64,000 bases of DNA, taken from NCBI GenBank assembly GCA_963730185.1, contig CAVSQW010000009.1:355175-419174 (forward strand), in the 5' to 3' direction. Below are positions 29,551-39,279 of this stretch, in pieces; the first letter of the stretch is position 1, and each line of letters opens with the position of its first letter. The notes below the pieces were generated by a model, which was not told where the DNA came from, did no database searches, and worked only from the letters and a program-made list of their open reading frames with translations. Source of the DNA: an uncultured Gemmatimonadales bacterium (GTDB taxonomy: Bacteria; Gemmatimonadota; Gemmatimonadetes; Gemmatimonadales; GWC2-71-9). The position numbers and the translations under genes were made by a program.

Positions 29551-32255
29551 CCACGGACAAGATCGACGCCCGGGTGGCGCTGGCGGGGGAGGGCGACCTG
29601 AAGGAGCTCCTGGACCGGCTTCGTCAGCGGACCGAGCCGGTCCTGGCCCGGATGCCGCCGGTGCCGCAGGTCAAAGCGACCCTGACCAGCGACGGCGGGA
29701 CCTGTCCCGCCTGCGCCCACCCACTCGAGTTCGATCCGTGGGAACCCGACCGTCACCGCTGCTCCAATTGCGGCAAGGAGGCGAGCGGCCCCCGCCACCA
29801 CGCCAACTGGGCCCGCCACCAGCACCTCTGGCTCGCCGAGCGGGCCGCCCACCTGGCGGCAGTCGGCGTCTTCGCGGACGACGCGGGGGCCGTGGCCCGG
29901 GCGCGCGAGCTGCTGGCCGGGTACTATGACCTCTACTTCGCGTTGCCCAACCGCGACAACGTGCTGGGCCCGAGCCACCTCTTCTTCTCCACCTATCTGG
30001 AGTCGATCTGGGTGCTGAGCTACCTGGCCGCGGCCTATCTGCTGCGGGAGCGAGGGCTCCTGGACGAGGCCGAGGTCGAGGCGGTGAACCAGATCGCCGA
30101 CGAGGCCGCCAACCTGATTGGCGAGTTCAACGAAGGGATGAGCAACCGGCAGACCTGGAACGCCGCGGCGCTCACCGCCATCGCGGCCTGGTTCGACGAC
30201 GCCGAGCTGGCGAATACCTCGATTCAGAGCCCGACCGGACTCCTGGGGCACTTGACCGACGGGTTCGGGGTGGACGGCCTCTGGTACGAGGGCGAGAACT
30301 ACCACCTGTTCGCGATCCGGGGGTTGATGCTGGGCCTCGGGTGGGCCCGGACGTTGGGCGCGGATCTGCTCGACCATCCGGAGTTGGCCGCCCACTTCGC
30401 CGACGCGCTGCTGGCGCCGAGCCTGTCCGCCCTCCCCGATCTGACCTTCCCGGCCCGGAAGGACTCGCGGTACGGCGTCTCGCTGGCCCACCCGGCGTAT
30501 CGGGAATGCTGGGAGACGGGTTATGGCTGGCTGGGCGACCGGATCCCCGAGCTCGGCCCCTGGCTCCACGCCCTCGACCGGGCCCCGACCCGGCCGGCCG
30601 CGACCTACGATGCCTATCTCCACGACGCCGGCTTCCCGATGCCGGAGCGGTCCGGCCGAGCCGACCTGTCCTGGTGGATGCTCCTCGAGATGGCGCCCAC
30701 CCTCCCGCCGGACACCGTCGCCTGGACGCCCGCCAGCCGATGGCTCGAGACCCAGCGGCTGGCGATCCTCCGCCGGGACGACCGCTACCTGAGCCTGGAG
30801 GCCGGAAGCCGGGCCGAGGGGCACGGCCATCCCGATCTGATGCACCTGACCTTGCATGCCGGCGGGGTCCACTGGCTGCCCGATCCGGGCACCGGATCGT
30901 ACGTAACCCGGGACCTCTTCTGGTACCGCTCCGCCCTGGCCCACAACGCCCCCCGGCTGACCGGCACGGCGGTCGACGGCGCGGGCTCCGGGGCGGCGTT
31001 CGACCAGAAGGGCGACTGGGGTTGGGCGCAGGCGGTAGCCGGTCCGCTGCAACGGACCGTCGTGATGGGACCGAGCTGGATCGGCGACGTGGTGGAGGCG
31101 ACGGCCGCCGGTGAGGTGCTGGAGCTGCCCTGGCACCTGAGGGGCGATGTCTCGGTGGAGACGGCGGGCGAATGGGCGCCGGGCGAGATCGCGAGCGAGT
31201 TCGTCTCGGAGGTGGAGGTGTTCACCCCCGCGGCCGACGGCCCCATTCGCGTCGCGGCCGAGCTCGACGGCCGCCGGGTGAGTCTGCTGCTCCTCGGCGG
31301 CACCCTGCTCCGAGCCCGCTGCCCAGGTCTTCCGGGCGTGCCGGCCTCGGCCACGATGCTGCTGGTCCGGGCTCCGGCCGATGCCGCGCGGCTCGGGGCC
31401 GTGATCGACCTCGAGGGCACCGTCACCGGCGCGGCCCTGCACCCCGATCATCTGGCGGTCGCCTCCGGCGACGCCGTGGCGCGGATCTCGATCTCGGTGG
31501 GGGGGGCGACGGTCGAGGCGGAGGGCACCCGGGTCACCCTCGGCGGGTACCACGTCTTCGGCGAGCCGCCCAAGAGTACCGTCTACTCGGCGATCTACGA
31601 GCGGGGCGAGCCAGTGGTGGGCGAAGCGCTCCGTCTGGACCAACCGCCGGCGCTCGACGGGACCTTCGAGGGGTTCGACCGGTCGACCCCGATCGAGCTG
31701 GCCGACGAGCTCCATTACTTCCGAAGCGAGGACCCCTACGATTCGCCCGACGAGCTCAGCGCCGAGGCCCACCTCAACTGGGACGAGCACGGGCTCTATC
31801 TGGGAGTCGTGGTTCGGAAGCCGGAGGTGATCGTCCGCCCGCCCGAGGCGCCGCCGTTGCGGTTGGACAACGAGCCCGAGGACATCCACTCCGACGGGAT
31901 CCAGGTGTATTTCCGGGCCCCCCGGCGGGAGCTCGAGGGATACCTGATCCGCCCGGCCGACGACGGCGGGCTCTGGGTCCGGCGGATTGGGGGAACGGCC
32001 GACGAGTTGCTGCCGCTGACTGGGGCGTCGGCCCGAGTGGAGGACGGCTACGTCATCACGGTCGCGTTTCCCTGCCCCGGGCTGACCGAGGTCGACAAGA
32101 AGGAGATCGAGTTCGATCTTCTGGTGAACGAGATGCGCCCCGACCGGCTCCGCCGGGCGGGCCAGCTGGCTTGGAGCGGGGGCGCCGGCTGGATCTACCT
32201 CCGCGGCGACCGCCGTCCGGCGGTGCCGCTGGGCACCATGCGGCTGGTCTCGTGA
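29547..32255 (+). CDS. Heparinase II/III-like polysaccharide lyase with N-terminal CxxC..CxxC and C-terminal CBM9/DOMON-like domain
   Basis: CPAC...CSNC, DGLWYEGENYH, GHGHPD.M.L and DPGTGSY...WYRSALAHN motifs, plus a C-terminal LDG...WDE.GLYL domain. Confidence 0.75.
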   Translation: MTTDKIDARVALAGEGDLKELLDRLRQRTEPVLARMPPVPQVKATLTSDGGTCPACAHPLEFDPWEPDRHRCSNCGKEASGPRHHANWARHQHLWLAERAAHLAAVGVFADDAGAVARARELLAGYYDLYFALPNRDNVLGPSHLFFSTYLESIWVLSYLAAAYLLRERGLLDEAEVEAVNQIADEAANLIGEFNEGMSNRQTWNAAALTAIAAWFDDAELANTSIQSPTGLLGHLTDGFGVDGLWYEGENYHLFAIRGLMLGLGWARTLGADLLDHPELAAHFADALLAPSLSALPDLTFPARKDSRYGVSLAHPAYRECWETGYGWLGDRIPELGPWLHALDRAPTRPAATYDAYLHDAGFPMPERSGRADLSWWMLLEMAPTLPPDTVAWTPASRWLETQRLAILRRDDRYLSLEAGSRAEGHGHPDLMHLTLHAGGVHWLPDPGTGSYVTRDLFWYRSALAHNAPRLTGTAVDGAGSGAAFDQKGDWGWAQAVAGPLQRTVVMGPSWIGDVVEATAAGEVLELPWHLRGDVSVETAGEWAPGEIASEFVSEVEVFTPAADGPIRVAAELDGRRVSLLLLGGTLLRARCPGLPGVPASATMLLVRAPADAARLGAVIDLEGTVTGAALHPDHLAVASGDAVARISISVGGATVEAEGTRVTLGGYHVFGEPPKSTVYSAIYERGEPVVGEALRLDQPPALDGTFEGFDRSTPIELADELHYFRSEDPYDSPDELSAEAHLNWDEHGLYLGVVVRKPEVIVRPPEAPPLRLDNEPEDIHSDGIQVYFRAPRRELEGYLIRPADDGGLWVRRIGGTADELLPLTGASARVEDGYVITVAFPCPGLTEVDKKEIEFDLLVNEMRPDRLRRAGQLAWSGGAGWIYLRGDRRPAVPLGTMRLVS

Positions 32256-33402
32256 GCGTCGCGGGCGGAACGTCGACCGGCAGCAAGCGGCCCGCCGCGC
32301 TCTTCGGGGCTGCCCCGGGCGCGCCCGACCTCAGGATGGTCCGGAGTCAGGGGGCCCGGGTCTGGGACGAGGAGGGCCGTCAGTATCTGGATTTCGTCAT
32401 GGCGCTGGGCGCCGTGTCGCTGGGGTATGGACACTCGGAAGTAACCCGGGCCGCGCGGGAAGCCGTGGAGCGAGGTGGGGTCGGGCCGCTCCCGCCGGTC
32501 GACGAAGCCGCCCTGGCCGACGAGCTCGCGGAGGTCATGCCATGGCTCGAGCGGGTCCGCTTCCTCAAGACCGGCGCGGAGGCCGTGTCGGCCGCCGTCC
32601 GGATCGCCCGAGCGGCCACCGGCCGCGAGCGGGTGATCGGCTGCGGGTATCATGGTTGGCTCGACCTGGCGAGCACCGACGTGGGGGTACCCGGCGCCGT
32701 CCGGAAGCTGTACCGGGCGATCCCGTTCGACCAACCGGCCCAGGCCCGGGCCGCCATCGAGGAATGGGGTGATGAGCTGGCTTGCGTCGTCGTCGAACCG
32801 GTGGTCGACGGGTTCCCGTCGATCGAGTGGCTGGAGCTCCTTCGCGACGAAGCCGGCCGGGTGGGCGCGGTGCTGGTCTTCGACGAGATCAAGACCGGCT
32901 TCCGGGTGGCGCTCGGTGGTGCGGTGGAGCGCTGGGGCGTCCGACCGGACCTCGTGGTCCTCGGCAAGGCCCTGGCCAACGGGTTTCCGCTCGCCCTCGT
33001 CGGCGGGCGCCGGGACCTCATGGCTCAGGTCGAGCGGACCTGGATCTCGTCGACCCTCGCCACCGAGTTCGTGGCCCTGGCCGCGGCCCGCGCGGCGCTC
33101 CGCGTGGCTCGGACCGAGCGGGTGCCCGAGCACCTCGGCCGGGTGGGTGGCCAGCTCCATCGGGGTCTCGAAGCGCTCGCGGACAAGCATTCTCGGGCTG
33201 GTAGCCGGCGTCCGAGGCATTCCGGAGATGTGCTACCTCCGAGTTTCACGACGACGATACGGGCGCCCGGGTGGCGCGCGCGGCCGCGGGTGAAGGCCTG
33301 CTGTTCAAGCGCTCGGCCTACAACTTCGTGTCGCTCGCCCATGGGGAGGCGGAGGTCCGGCGGGCGCTCGACGTACTGGACGGAGTGTTGGCGACGTGCT
33401 GA
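32252..33402 (+). CDS. Class-III PLP aminotransferase (GSA-aminomutase-like), with two apparent +1 frameshifts
   Basis: YLDF..ALG, KTGAEA, GYHGW, FDEIKTGFR and LGKALANG motifs. The C-terminus continues in other frames after about 33190 (GLVAGVRGIPEMCYL) and about 33240 (EFHDD...YNFVSLAHGEAEV...ATC*). Confidence 0.8.
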
Positions 33403-34197
33403 TCGACGTGCACGCCCACTTCTACCATCCGGCCGGCAGCCGGGTCGACTGGGCCGACCGGAACGCGAGCCGGCTGGCGGCCGGCGAGACGATGGGCATC
33501 AGCTGGCACGTGGCCTCGATCCTCGGGTCGTGGGGCCGTACGTCGCCCACCTATTTCCCGTCGCCGATGGACGTGACCGTCGGCAACGACGCGATGCTGG
33601 AGCTGGTCCGGCTCCACCCGAGGCGGATCCGCGCCTACGCCTGCGTCAATCCCAACTTCACCGAGCACGCCCTGACCGAGATCGACCGATGCCTGGCGCT
33701 CGGCATGGTGGGCGTCAAGCTGGCCGCCAGCCGGCGAGCCGACGATCCGCTGCTCGATCCGGTGGCGGCGGCGGCGGCGGGGCACGGCGTGCCGGTGCTC
33801 CAGCACATCTGGCAGGATCGGCGGCGCGAGTGGCCGGGTCAGGAGGCCTCGGACGCCGCCGAGCTGGCTCGTCTGGCCCGCCGGCACCCGACGGTGGCGT
33901 TCATCCTGGCGCACATCGGCGGCGGTGGCGACTGGTTGCCGTCGCTCCGGACCCTGCGGCCCGTTCCCAACGTATGGGTCGACTTGTCGGGCAGTGGGGT
34001 CGACGGCGGCATGCTCGAAGCCTGCCTGGCGCACGTGGGGGTCGACCGGCTGCTCTGGGGGCGCCGACCTCACCCTCTGCACCGGGCTGGCCAAGCTGCG
34101 TTACCTGGAACGGTGCCTGACCGAGGCGGAGCTGGACAAGGTGCGCTGGCGGAACGCTGCCGAGATCTTCCCGGCCGGCTCGTTCGGGGACGGCTGA
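33396..34197 (+). CDS. Amidohydrolase_2 (TIM-barrel metal hydrolase), frameshift at the G5 run 34057-34061
   Basis: IDVHAH, PVLQH and ILAHIGGG motifs. RLLWG continues as ADLTLC...RNAAEIF in the next frame. Confidence 0.82.
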
Positions 34198-34198
34198 C

Positions 34199-34975
34199 AT
34201 GCGCCTCGACGTCAATGCCTTCGTGGGCGGCTATCCCTTCCGGGATCTCCCCGAGGCCACGGTCTCGGGGCTCGAGGACGGAATGCGCCGGGTCGGGATC
34301 GACGAGTGCTGGGTGTCGTACCTCCCGGCGATCTTCTGGCGGGATCCCACCGCAGGCAACCCCCATCTCGTCGCCGCCCTCGAGGGGCACTCCGGACTCC
34401 GACCGGTGCTGGCGGTGCACCCGGGTCTGGCCGGATGGGAGGCCACGCTCGACGAGGCCGCCGCGATCCGGGCGCCCGCGATCCGGGCCGACGCCGGCCG
34501 CTATGGGCTCGACCCGACCGGGGCGGCGATGGAAAGCCTGGCTGCCGCCGCCGGCGAGCGGGGGATCCCGGTGATGATGGCGGTCCGGCTCGAGGATGGG
34601 CGCCAGCGACACCCCCACGACGCCTTTCCCTCGCTCGAGCCCTCGATGATCCGGCGTCTGATCCGGGCCGATCAGCGAATCCGGCTGCTGGTGACCCATG
34701 CCGACCGGGACTTCATCGAGCAGGTGTTCTGGGGATCGACCCCGGAAGAATCGGAGCGGATCCTCTGGGACATCTCGTGGCTCTGGGGTCCGCCCGAGGA
34801 CCATCTGAGCCACCTGATCCGCACCCTCGGGCCGGAGCGGTTCTGCTTCGGCACCGGCATGCCCCTCCGGTTGCCGGAAGCCAGCGTCGCCAAGCTCGAC
34901 CTGACCCAGCTCACCATCGCGGAGCGGGCCCGGATCGAGGGGGCGAACGCCGCCGGGTTCGCCGGAGAACGCTGA
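34199..34975 (+). CDS. Amidohydrolase_2-like protein lacking canonical metal ligands
   Basis: DVNAFVG replaces DxHxH. EDGRQRH and ERFCFGTGMPL motifs, with terminal GANA. Confidence 0.7.
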   Translation: MRLDVNAFVGGYPFRDLPEATVSGLEDGMRRVGIDECWVSYLPAIFWRDPTAGNPHLVAALEGHSGLRPVLAVHPGLAGWEATLDEAAAIRAPAIRADAGRYGLDPTGAAMESLAAAAGERGIPVMMAVRLEDGRQRHPHDAFPSLEPSMIRRLIRADQRIRLLVTHADRDFIEQVFWGSTPEESERILWDISWLWGPPEDHLSHLIRTLGPERFCFGTGMPLRLPEASVAKLDLTQLTIAERARIEGANAAGFAGER

Positions 34976-37317
34976 TGCTTGGGGCAAGCCGGTGCGCGCT
35001 TCGGGTGACTGGGCTCCTCGTGGGGCTCGCGACCTCGGCCGCTGCCCAGTCGCTGACGGTTCGGGTGGTCGACGACTCCTCGCGGGTGGCGCTCGCCGGC
35101 GCGCTGGTGCGCCTGGTGCTGCACGACAGCGTCGTCGCCCAGGCGCTCACCAACGAGCGCGGGCGGGTGACGATCGCGGTCGCGGCCGGCGGCCACTATA
35201 CCGTCCGGGTCGGCCGGATCGGCTTCGTGGTGACCAAGACCTGGACCGTCGATCTGGAGCCCGGCACCACCCGGACGCTGGACATCGGCCTGGTCGGCGA
35301 GCGGGTGATGCTGCCGACGGTGGTGGTCACCGGCGAGCGGCGCTGCGGCGGGATGCCGCGGGACCGGAGCACGGCGGCCACGCTCTGGGAGCAGATTCGC
35401 CAGGCGCTCACGGCGACCCAGCTCTCGCAGGCCGGCTCGGCGCGGTACCGAATCTCGACCTTCGAGCGCGATGTCACTCCCCAGGGTGTCACCCGCGCGG
35501 AGCGCCACTCCCGAACCCGGGTCGGCACCGGCAAGCCGTTCGGCACGCTGCCGCCCGAGCTGTTGGCGCGGGACGGCTTCGTCCGGGTAGATGGTGACGA
35601 TCGTCAATACTTCGGCCCCGACGCGGAGCTGCTCCTGTCGGATGCGTTCGTCGACCACCACTGCTTTCAGGTGCAGGCGCCGCCGGACAGCCTCCCGGAC
35701 CACGTCGGGCTCGGCTTCGAGCCCGCCAAGCGACCGAAGTCGGCCGACATCCGCGGGGTTCTCTGGGTCGATCGCAAGTCGGCGGAGCTCCGGCTGCTCG
35801 AGTTCCGCTTCGTCGGCCCCGAGGACGTGGTGTCAACGGTGGGCGATTCTCGCGGCTGGATCCGCTTCGATCGGGAGCCCGGTGGTCAGTGGTACATCTC
35901 GGATTGGACCATCCGAATGCCGAAGGTCGCCCGGATCCGACGGCCGCGCGACTTCTCCGAGCCGGCCCGCGACTCGCTCCTGGGCTACGTGGAGCAGGGG
36001 GGCGGCGCCGAGCCGGCTGATCGTCCGCGGGTGGCCGCTCAGCTTGCCACTGTGTCTGGCGTCGTGTACGACAGTCTGCGGGGCCACGGGCTCGGGGGCG
36101 TGATCGTGACCGTCGCCGGCGCGAGCGACTCGGCCGTGACCGATGCCGACGGCCGTTTCTCGCTCTCGGCCCCGATCGGCCGGCGGCTGGTTGGCTTTCG
36201 CCATCCACTGCTGGCCTTGTTGCCCGATCGGACCGCGGTCGACCTGGCGATCGAGTCCGGCGGCGCCCACGTGGAGACGGCCACCGTGGGCCCCGGCACG
36301 CTGGCGGCGTCTCTCTGCGGCGGGACCTTCGGCCGGGCGGCGGCGGTCGGCCGAGTCCTGCTGAACCCGGGCGACTCGGCCGCGGGCCGGGTGGTTCGGG
36401 CCTCGTACTTCAGCAAGTACGCCGTCGGGGTCCTCTCGGAGCAAACGATCTCGACGGTCAGCGACGCGCGCGGCCTCTGGGCGATCTGCGACTTGCCGCC
36501 GGTCCGATCGGTGGTGGTCCGCCAGCTGGACGGTCACCGGGAGGTGGCCAAGCGGATCGTTCCGGTCCAGGACCAGCAGGCCGCGTGGGTGGACTTCGGT
36601 GGGGAGGCGTCGGTGGTGACCGCGCTGGCGCTCCGAGTGGTGGACGGCGGCGGCCGGCCGGTGCCCGCGGCCGAGCTGACGTTGCCCGACCTGGGGTGGA
36701 CGGGTGTCACGGACCAGGATGGACGGTTCGTCCTGGCCGCCGCGCCGGTAGGTGAGCTCCGGCTGTCCGTCCGGGCCGTCGGCCAGGCCAGGTTCGACAC
36801 GACGATCACCGTCGCGGCCGCCGACAGCGCGGTCAGGGAGCTCCGGCTGCCCGGCGGCGCTCCCGGTGCGGCCGTTGCCTCGGAGGGCGCCGACTCGACC
36901 GGCCTTCCGCCCAAGATGCGAGCCTTCGAGCGGCGCCGGCAGGAGGGCATCGGTCGGTTCTTCGACCGGGCCGCGATCGACGGGTTCGGCCGCCAGCCCC
37001 TGGCCGGGGTCTTGCGCCGGGTTCCCCGAGTTCGGCTGATCGAGCAGGGTGGCCAGGCGGCCATCGCGGCGAGCCAGCGGGGCAGCTCCGGCGACGGGCG
37101 AAGCTACGAGGCGCCCTGGCCCTCGGCCTGCTACCTCCAGGTGATCATCGACGGGGTCCGGGTCTGGATTCCGGGGACCGATCCCCGGCCGTACGACATC
37201 AACCAGATCCGGCTCGAGTCGCTGGCCGGAATCGAGATCTACACCGGTGCCGATACCCCGGGTGAGCTCACCGCCACGGGGTCGGTGTGCGGAGCGATCG
37301 TGCTCTGGACCCGGTAG
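34975..37317 (+). CDS. Secreted multi-domain carboxypeptidase-regulatory-like protein with C-terminal TonB-plug-like domain
   Basis: ATG 34975 and a signal peptide. Repeated VVD..G.P...A...TD..GRF modules. C-terminal LAGIEIY...CGAIVLWTR. Confidence 0.75.
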   Translation: MLGASRCALRVTGLLVGLATSAAAQSLTVRVVDDSSRVALAGALVRLVLHDSVVAQALTNERGRVTIAVAAGGHYTVRVGRIGFVVTKTWTVDLEPGTTRTLDIGLVGERVMLPTVVVTGERRCGGMPRDRSTAATLWEQIRQALTATQLSQAGSARYRISTFERDVTPQGVTRAERHSRTRVGTGKPFGTLPPELLARDGFVRVDGDDRQYFGPDAELLLSDAFVDHHCFQVQAPPDSLPDHVGLGFEPAKRPKSADIRGVLWVDRKSAELRLLEFRFVGPEDVVSTVGDSRGWIRFDREPGGQWYISDWTIRMPKVARIRRPRDFSEPARDSLLGYVEQGGGAEPADRPRVAAQLATVSGVVYDSLRGHGLGGVIVTVAGASDSAVTDADGRFSLSAPIGRRLVGFRHPLLALLPDRTAVDLAIESGGAHVETATVGPGTLAASLCGGTFGRAAAVGRVLLNPGDSAAGRVVRASYFSKYAVGVLSEQTISTVSDARGLWAICDLPPVRSVVVRQLDGHREVAKRIVPVQDQQAAWVDFGGEASVVTALALRVVDGGGRPVPAAELTLPDLGWTGVTDQDGRFVLAAAPVGELRLSVRAVGQARFDTTITVAAADSAVRELRLPGGAPGAAVASEGADSTGLPPKMRAFERRRQEGIGRFFDRAAIDGFGRQPLAGVLRRVPRVRLIEQGGQAAIAASQRGSSGDGRSYEAPWPSACYLQVIIDGVRVWIPGTDPRPYDINQIRLESLAGIEIYTGADTPGELTATGSVCGAIVLWTR

Positions 37318-37400
37318 ATTTCCGAAAGGTGGCCCGCATCGCCTTGACGGCGGGGCCGCCCGGGCTATCGTGGACTGGTCGCTCGACGTCAGGACCTCTG

Positions 37401-38195
37401 ATGGATGCCCACCCTCGGCCACTTCTCCTCGCCGCCCTCGCGCTGGCTCTTGCCCCGGGTTCGGTCCTCGCCCGCCCGTCGCTACCCGCCGATACCCTCG
37501 GCACGATTCGCGGGCGGGTGATCGACTCCGCCGGCGCGCCGATCGAGGGCGCGGAGGTTCTCCTAATCGACCTGTCCCGGTCCGGCTACTCCGATCGACT
37601 GGGCCAGTTCACCATCGGCTTCGTACCGCCCGGCGCGCATCAGCTGGTGGCCCGGATGGTGGGCTTCGAGGCGGGGGGCGCGTCGCCGAGGGTCGTGGCG
37701 GGCGACACCACCACGGTGTCGTTGACCCTCACTCGCTCGGCTCCCCGCTTGCCTGACGTCACCGTCGCGGCGACCGAAGCCCGGATCAGTCCCAAGATGC
37801 GTCCGTTCGAGGAGCGGCGACGGAGCGGCATCGGGCACTTCATCACCCGGGACGAGATCGCCGCCCACGAGAATCAGCGGATCCAGAACCTGTTGCGGAA
37901 CGTGCCGCGGGTCCAGATGGTGGAACGAGACGGCGAGGTCGCGTTGGCGGCGAACCGGTCCGGCACCATGAAGCTCCCGCCCTACCTTCGCTGGCCGATG
38001 AAATGCTATCTCCAGGTCTACCTGGACGGCATCCTGGTCTGGCGGCAGAACACCGGCGAAGACGGGCCCTACGACCTGAGCCAGCACCCGCTCAACTCAC
38101 TCGCCGGGATCGAGATCTACTCCCCGGGGCAGACACCGATCGAGTACGGCGGAATCGGTGCGTTCTGCGGCACCTTGATGCTCTGGACTCGGTGA
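37401..38195 (+). CDS. Secreted carboxypeptidase-regulatory-like domain plus TonB-plug-like domain protein
   Basis: ATG 37401 after aggac and a signal peptide. GTIRGRVIDSAGAPIEGA, with a C-terminus paralogous to the upstream gene. Confidence 0.78.
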   Translation: MDAHPRPLLLAALALALAPGSVLARPSLPADTLGTIRGRVIDSAGAPIEGAEVLLIDLSRSGYSDRLGQFTIGFVPPGAHQLVARMVGFEAGGASPRVVAGDTTTVSLTLTRSAPRLPDVTVAATEARISPKMRPFEERRRSGIGHFITRDEIAAHENQRIQNLLRNVPRVQMVERDGEVALAANRSGTMKLPPYLRWPMKCYLQVYLDGILVWRQNTGEDGPYDLSQHPLNSLAGIEIYSPGQTPIEYGGIGAFCGTLMLWTR

Positions 38196-38205
38196 AGGGA
38201 CCCGC

Positions 38206-39279
38206 CTAGCGAAGCCAGCCGGCCAACCGCTCGCGCACGAAGTCGTCGTCGGCCAGGTGCGGGTAGGCTCTGCCCACCCGGGAAATCTCGGTGGCCTGGC
38301 CGGGCGAGAGCTCCTCCTCGGGGTCGAGGCACCAGCGACCGGCCAGCAGTCCCTGCCGTCGCAGCACCTCGTGGATGCCCGGAATGCACCCGTGGAAGCC
38401 GTGGGCGGCGTCGAAGACCGCGCCGTTGGCGTCGGTGATCTGGGCGCCGAGGGTCAGGAGGCTCCCCGAGGGCGCGCCCCGCCTGGCCGCGGCCCGACAC
38501 CGCGCCAGATGGCGAACCGCCGTCCGGGTCCAGAACGCCCAGTGGCCGAGCAGTCCGCCCGCCATCCGAAGACGACGGCGACGCCCCTCGCCGCCCGGTG
38601 CCGCGAACGGCGTGGCGAGATCGAGCACGATCGAGTCGTCGTTCCCGGTGTAGAGCGCCACCTCGCGCTCCCGCCCCGCGTTGAGGACCGCCCGCACGAC
38701 GTCGAGGGTCCGATACCGATCGAAGGGCGCCACCTTGATCGCCACGACCGCCGGCAGCTCCACCAGCCGGCGCCAGAAGTCGTAGCCGAGGGGACGCCCG
38801 CCGACGGCCGGCTGGAGGTAGAAACCCATCACCGGGATCGTTTCGCCGATCGCGCGGACGTGGGCCACGAGCTGGCGGTCGGTCCAGGCGCCGAGCCCGG
38901 CCAGGCTCACCAGGGCGAGGTCGTAGCCGCGAGATCGCGCGAGGGCCGCTTCCCGAGCCGCCTGACGGGTCGGCCCGATCACGCCGGCGATCCGGACCAC
39001 CCGCCGTCCCGCCCGGGTCTCCCATTCCGCGATCGACTCGGCCCCGAGCGTCAGCACGGGCTCGTAGAGGTCGATTCCGCGCTTCCGGATGGCGAACTGG
39101 GTGGTATGGACTCCGATCGCGAGCCCGCCCGCGCCGGCCTCGACGTAGTACCGGGTGAGCGCCCGCTGGCGCCGCTCGTCGAGTCGGCGCCGCCGGGTCA
39201 GGGCCAGGGGGTGGGCGGGGATGACCAGGCCTCGCCGGAGGGCTCGGCCGATGGCGGTCGGCAGCCGGGCCGCGGTCAT
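38206..39279 (-). CDS. DHDPS/NAL-family class I aldolase-like protein
   Basis: ATG 39279. VIPAHPLAL, GVHTTQF, GFYLQ, AIKVAPF (Schiff-base Lys) and YTGNDD motifs. Confidence 0.82.
   Translation of the reverse strand: MTAARLPTAIGRALRRGLVIPAHPLALTRRRRLDERRQRALTRYYVEAGAGGLAIGVHTTQFAIRKRGIDLYEPVLTLGAESIAEWETRAGRRVVRIAGVIGPTRQAAREAALARSRGYDLALVSLAGLGAWTDRQLVAHVRAIGETIPVMGFYLQPAVGGRPLGYDFWRRLVELPAVVAIKVAPFDRYRTLDVVRAVLNAGREREVALYTGNDDSIVLDLATPFAAPGGEGRRRRLRMAGGLLGHWAFWTRTAVRHLARCRAAARRGAPSGSLLTLGAQITDANGAVFDAAHGFHGCIPGIHEVLRRQGLLAGRWCLDPEEELSPGQATEISRVGRAYPHLADDDFVRERLAGWLR

Noticed and set aside
32252..33402. hemL assignment
   Set aside because: The protein is shorter and divergent, lies in a sugar-related operon and has no tetrapyrrole genes nearby.
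38206..39279. dapA assignment
   Set aside because: It lacks the GTTGE motif and has no lysine-pathway context.
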